Source of the DNA: an uncultured Streptomycetaceae bacterium
GTDB lineage: Bacteria > Pseudomonadota > Gammaproteobacteria > Burkholderiales > SG8-41
DNA: 60,693 nucleotides
Assembly (NCBI GenBank): GCA_964498105.1
Contig: CAZCGD010000246.1
Coordinates: forward strand, 1-60,693
Reading direction: 5' to 3'
Part shown: positions 58,148 to 60,693 of the stretch, piece by piece
Layout of the letters: every line of letters starts with the position of its first letter
Position numbering within the stretch: position 1 is the first letter of the stretch
Notes under the pieces: generated by a model
What the model was told of the DNA's origin: nothing
Database searches by the model: none
The model's input: the letters and a program-made list of their open reading frames with translations, nothing else
Program-made: the position numbers and the translations under genes

Positions 58148-60693
58148 ATTTGCGTTTGGCTTTCGCCGGCACCTTGGCCGCCACCTTGATTGGTTTGGCC
58201 GTAGCTTTGGCGGCCCTGGCGCTCTTGGCGGCCGCAGGCTTGGCGGAAGCACCGCGCCCTGTGTCTTTCGGTGACGCGCTCACCGGCGCTGGCGTTGCCG
58301 GCTCTCCCGCTTTCGGTTTGCGCGCCTCGAATTCGAAGCCGACCTTGCCCTCGGACGTCTTGACCAGGTAGGCCTTGAACGGCCGCCCCTTCCTGGAAAT
58401 GAAGCGCGTGAAGAGATCGGTGCGCCCGGTGGCGAGCAGCTTCTGCATCTGCGCGCGCTCAATCGGCTGCTGCAGGATCATCTTGCCCGAGCGGAATTCG
58501 CAGCTGCGCGCGGCGCCGACCGCCTTCTCGCACACGTAGACCGCCCCGTATTCGAACACACGCGCGCCGCATTTCGGGCAGGCGCCCAGGCTTTCCTGGT
58601 TGGTGAAATCGGGCGGATTGGCCGCTTCCTCCTCGAGCCGGACCTGGCCGAAGTCGAACTCGATGCGCAGTTCATTGTTCAACCGGATTCCGGCCGAAAA
58701 CGGTTTGCCCATGCGGCTGCGGAAGCCGGTGAGTGGCCCGATGAACCGTTTGGTTACAAGTTCCGCGACTTCCTCGGGCGACCACTCGCGGCCGGCGGAC
58801 ACCTTCCACAGCGAAAACTCGCACGCCTGGCACTGGAACTTGCGGTAGTTTTCCTGTACCACGCCGCCGCATTTCGGACACGGCGCTGCCACTATCGCGT
58901 AGGCCTCGTCGGGAATCTCGCCGCGCCGGATGCGCTCCACCAGGTCGCGGGTGACCTGCTCGATGTGATCCATGAACTCCGCGCGCGGCAGTTTCCCCGC
59001 CTCCATCTGCTTCAGCTTGTATTCCCAGTCGCCGGTCAGCTCGGGCGAGGTGATCTCAGTGACCCCGAAGTGCTTCAGCGCGAACATGAGCGAGAACGCC
59101 TTGGGGGTGGGCACCAGTTCCCGCCCGTTGCGGTGAATGTAATCCTCGTAGAGCAGGCCCTCGATGACCGCCGCGCGCGTGGCCGGCGTGCCGAGCCCCT
59201 TCGCTGCCATTGCCTCGCGCAACTCGTCGTCTTCAACGAGCTTGCCGGCGCCTTCCATGGCCGACAGCAGGGTCGCTTCCGAGTAGCGCGCTGGCGGCTT
59301 GGTCTGATTCGCCGCCGCCGTGATCTCGAGCAAGCCCACTTTCTCGTTCGCGGCGACGGCGGGAAGATTCAGGTTCTCCTCCTGCGCGAGCTTGCCGTAG
59401 ATAGTGAGCCAGCCGGGGTTCTGCAAGATCCGGCCTTCGGTCTTGAATTGGTGCTCTTCCACCATCGTCACGCGCATCGTCTGCAGGTACTCCGCGGGCG
59501 GGTGAAACACCGCGAGAAAGCGCCGCACCACCAGGTCGTAGAGCTTCTGCTCGATCTCGTTCAGATGCTTGGGCGCCTGCAGCGTGGGGATGATGGCGAA
59601 GTGGTCGCTGATCTTGGTGTTGTCGAACACGCGCTTGTTGGGCTTGACCCAGCCGTTCTTCAGCACGCTCTTCGCGAACGGCGCGTACTCCTTCGCGCCG
59701 CAGAGCATCTCCATCGCCTTCTTCACGGTCGCGAGGTAGTCCTCGGGAAGCGCGCGCGCATCGGTGCGCGGGTAGGTGAGGACTTTGTGCCGCTCGTACA
59801 GAGCCTGCGCCAGGGAGAGGGTGGTGCGCGCCGAGAAGCCGAAGCGCCCGTTCGCCTCGCGCTGGAGGCTGGTCAGGTCGAACAGGAGTGGCGAGAGTTG
59901 CGTCGCCGGCTTGGTTTCGTCCTCGACGGTGCCGGTCTTGCCCTGGCACGCCGCGACGATGGCCGCAGCCGCGGCCGCGCTCCACATCCGCTCCGTCTTG
60001 CGCTCCGTGTCTTCATCCTTCTTGAAGCCGGGGTCGAACCAGCGGCCGGCGTACTCACCCGCCTTGGCGCCGAAGCGCGCGTGTACTTCCCAGTAATCAC
60101 GCGGCGTGAAGGCCTTGATGCGTTCCTCGCGCTCGACCAGAATCGCCAACGTCGGCGTCTGCACGCGCCCCACCGTCGTCAGATGAAAGCCGCCGGTCTT
60201 GGAATTGAACGCCGTCATCGCCCGCGTCCCGTTGATGCCGATGAGCCAGTCGCTTTCGCTGCGACACGTCGCCGCATCCGCCAGTGGAATCATTTCTCCA
60301 TCCGTGCGGAGATGCGCGAAGCCATCGCGGATCGCCGCCGGCGTCATGGATTGCAACCAGAGCCGTTGGATCGGCTTGTCGCTCTTCGCGTATTGGACGA
60401 TGTAACGGAAGATCAACTCCCCTTCTCGCCCGGCGTCGCAAGCATTGACCAGCGTGGTGACATCTTTGCGTTTGATGAGTTTGACCAGCACCTTGAGCCG
60501 CGCCTCGTTCTTCTCGATGGGCAGCAGATCAAAGTGCGGCGGGATGACCGGTAGATGCGCGAACGTCCACTTGCCGCGCTTGACCTCAAACTGTTCCGGC
60601 ACCGCAATGGTGAGCAGGTGACCGACCGCCGACGAGATGACGTATTCGTCATTCTCGAAGTAGTCGTCATGCTTCTGGAACTTGCCAAGCGCC
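58146..60693 (-). CDS. topB: Type IA DNA topoisomerase (topoisomerase III-like), 5' end outside window
   Basis: The frame stays open upstream of the ORF-track start to the window edge (..YVISSAVGHLLTIAVPEQFE). Toprim DAGREGELIF, C-terminal CxxC zinc ribbons and a Lys/Ala-rich tail. Confidence 0.85.
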   Translation of the reverse strand, partial: ALGKFQKHDDYFENDEYVISSAVGHLLTIAVPEQFEVKRGKWTFAHLPVIPPHFDLLPIEKNEARLKVLVKLIKRKDVTTLVNACDAGREGELIFRYIVQYAKSDKPIQRLWLQSMTPAAIRDGFAHLRTDGEMIPLADAATCRSESDWLIGINGTRAMTAFNSKTGGFHLTTVGRVQTPTLAILVEREERIKAFTPRDYWEVHARFGAKAGEYAGRWFDPGFKKDEDTERKTERMWSAAAAAAIVAACQGKTGTVEDETKPATQLSPLLFDLTSLQREANGRFGFSARTTLSLAQALYERHKVLTYPRTDARALPEDYLATVKKAMEMLCGAKEYAPFAKSVLKNGWVKPNKRVFDNTKISDHFAIIPTLQAPKHLNEIEQKLYDLVVRRFLAVFHPPAEYLQTMRVTMVEEHQFKTEGRILQNPGWLTIYGKLAQEENLNLPAVAANEKVGLLEITAAANQTKPPARYSEATLLSAMEGAGKLVEDDELREAMAAKGLGTPATRAAVIEGLLYEDYIHRNGRELVPTPKAFSLMFALKHFGVTEITSPELTGDWEYKLKQMEAGKLPRAEFMDHIEQVTRDLVERIRRGEIPDEAYAIVAAPCPKCGGVVQENYRKFQCQACEFSLWKVSAGREWSPEEVAELVTKRFIGPLTGFRSRMGKPFSAGIRLNNELRIEFDFGQVRLEEEAANPPDFTNQESLGACPKCGARVFEYGAVYVCEKAVGAARSCEFRSGKMILQQPIERAQMQKLLATGRTDLFTRFISRKGRPFKAYLVKTSEGKVGFEFEARKPKAGEPATPAPVSASPKDTGRGASAKPAAAKSARAAKATAKPIKVAAKVPAKAKRK

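Overview
This window is a GC-rich, origin-proximal stretch of core chromosome from a proteobacterium. The gene order looks beta-proteobacterial, but I cannot assign a taxon from sequence alone. It is almost entirely housekeeping genes with tight spacing. In order: surA (3' end), pdxA, rsmA; gloA and rubredoxin (minus strand); thiD, thiE, hemL; di-haem cytochrome c4; hemB; mrcA plus a small conserved hypothetical (minus); pilMNOPQ, aroK, aroB, a dGTPase-like HD protein; gltB, gltD, hemE; priA; argS, a SPOR protein and two tandem dsbA paralogs. Then comes a roughly 20 kb minus-strand run: glmS, glmU, glpD, atpCDGAHFEB-I, parB, parA, rsmG, mnmG, mnmE, yidC, rnpA, rpmH. This run meets dnaA, dnaN, gyrB divergently, and the window ends inside a type IA topoisomerase (topB-like, 5' end off window). 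I saw no tRNA or rRNA genes, CRISPR arrays, IS or phage genes, toxin-antitoxin pairs or recognisable defence genes. I found no convincing novel protein-coding system. All long unexplained ORFs are antisense shadow ORFs of a GC-rich genome. The unusual content is non-coding. (1) Four intergenic hairpins have arms built from tandem 7-8 nt units, and three of them carry a central 10-nt GC palindrome; each fills its spacer up to the neighbouring stop or start codon. (2) A two-hairpin REP-like element occurs twice inside the atp operon region. (3) An orphan minus-strand terminator preceded by stacked hairpins may be a small RNA. (4) Two parS sites lie upstream of mnmG. (5) DnaA-box clusters lie in the dnaA-dnaN and rpmH-dnaA spacers, and one isolated box lies upstream of priA. 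(6) pdxA and rnpA both encode conserved N-terminal residues upstream of any canonical start codon. Product calls rest on motifs and family resemblance recognised by eye, and coordinates were counted by hand. No searches or folding programs were run.
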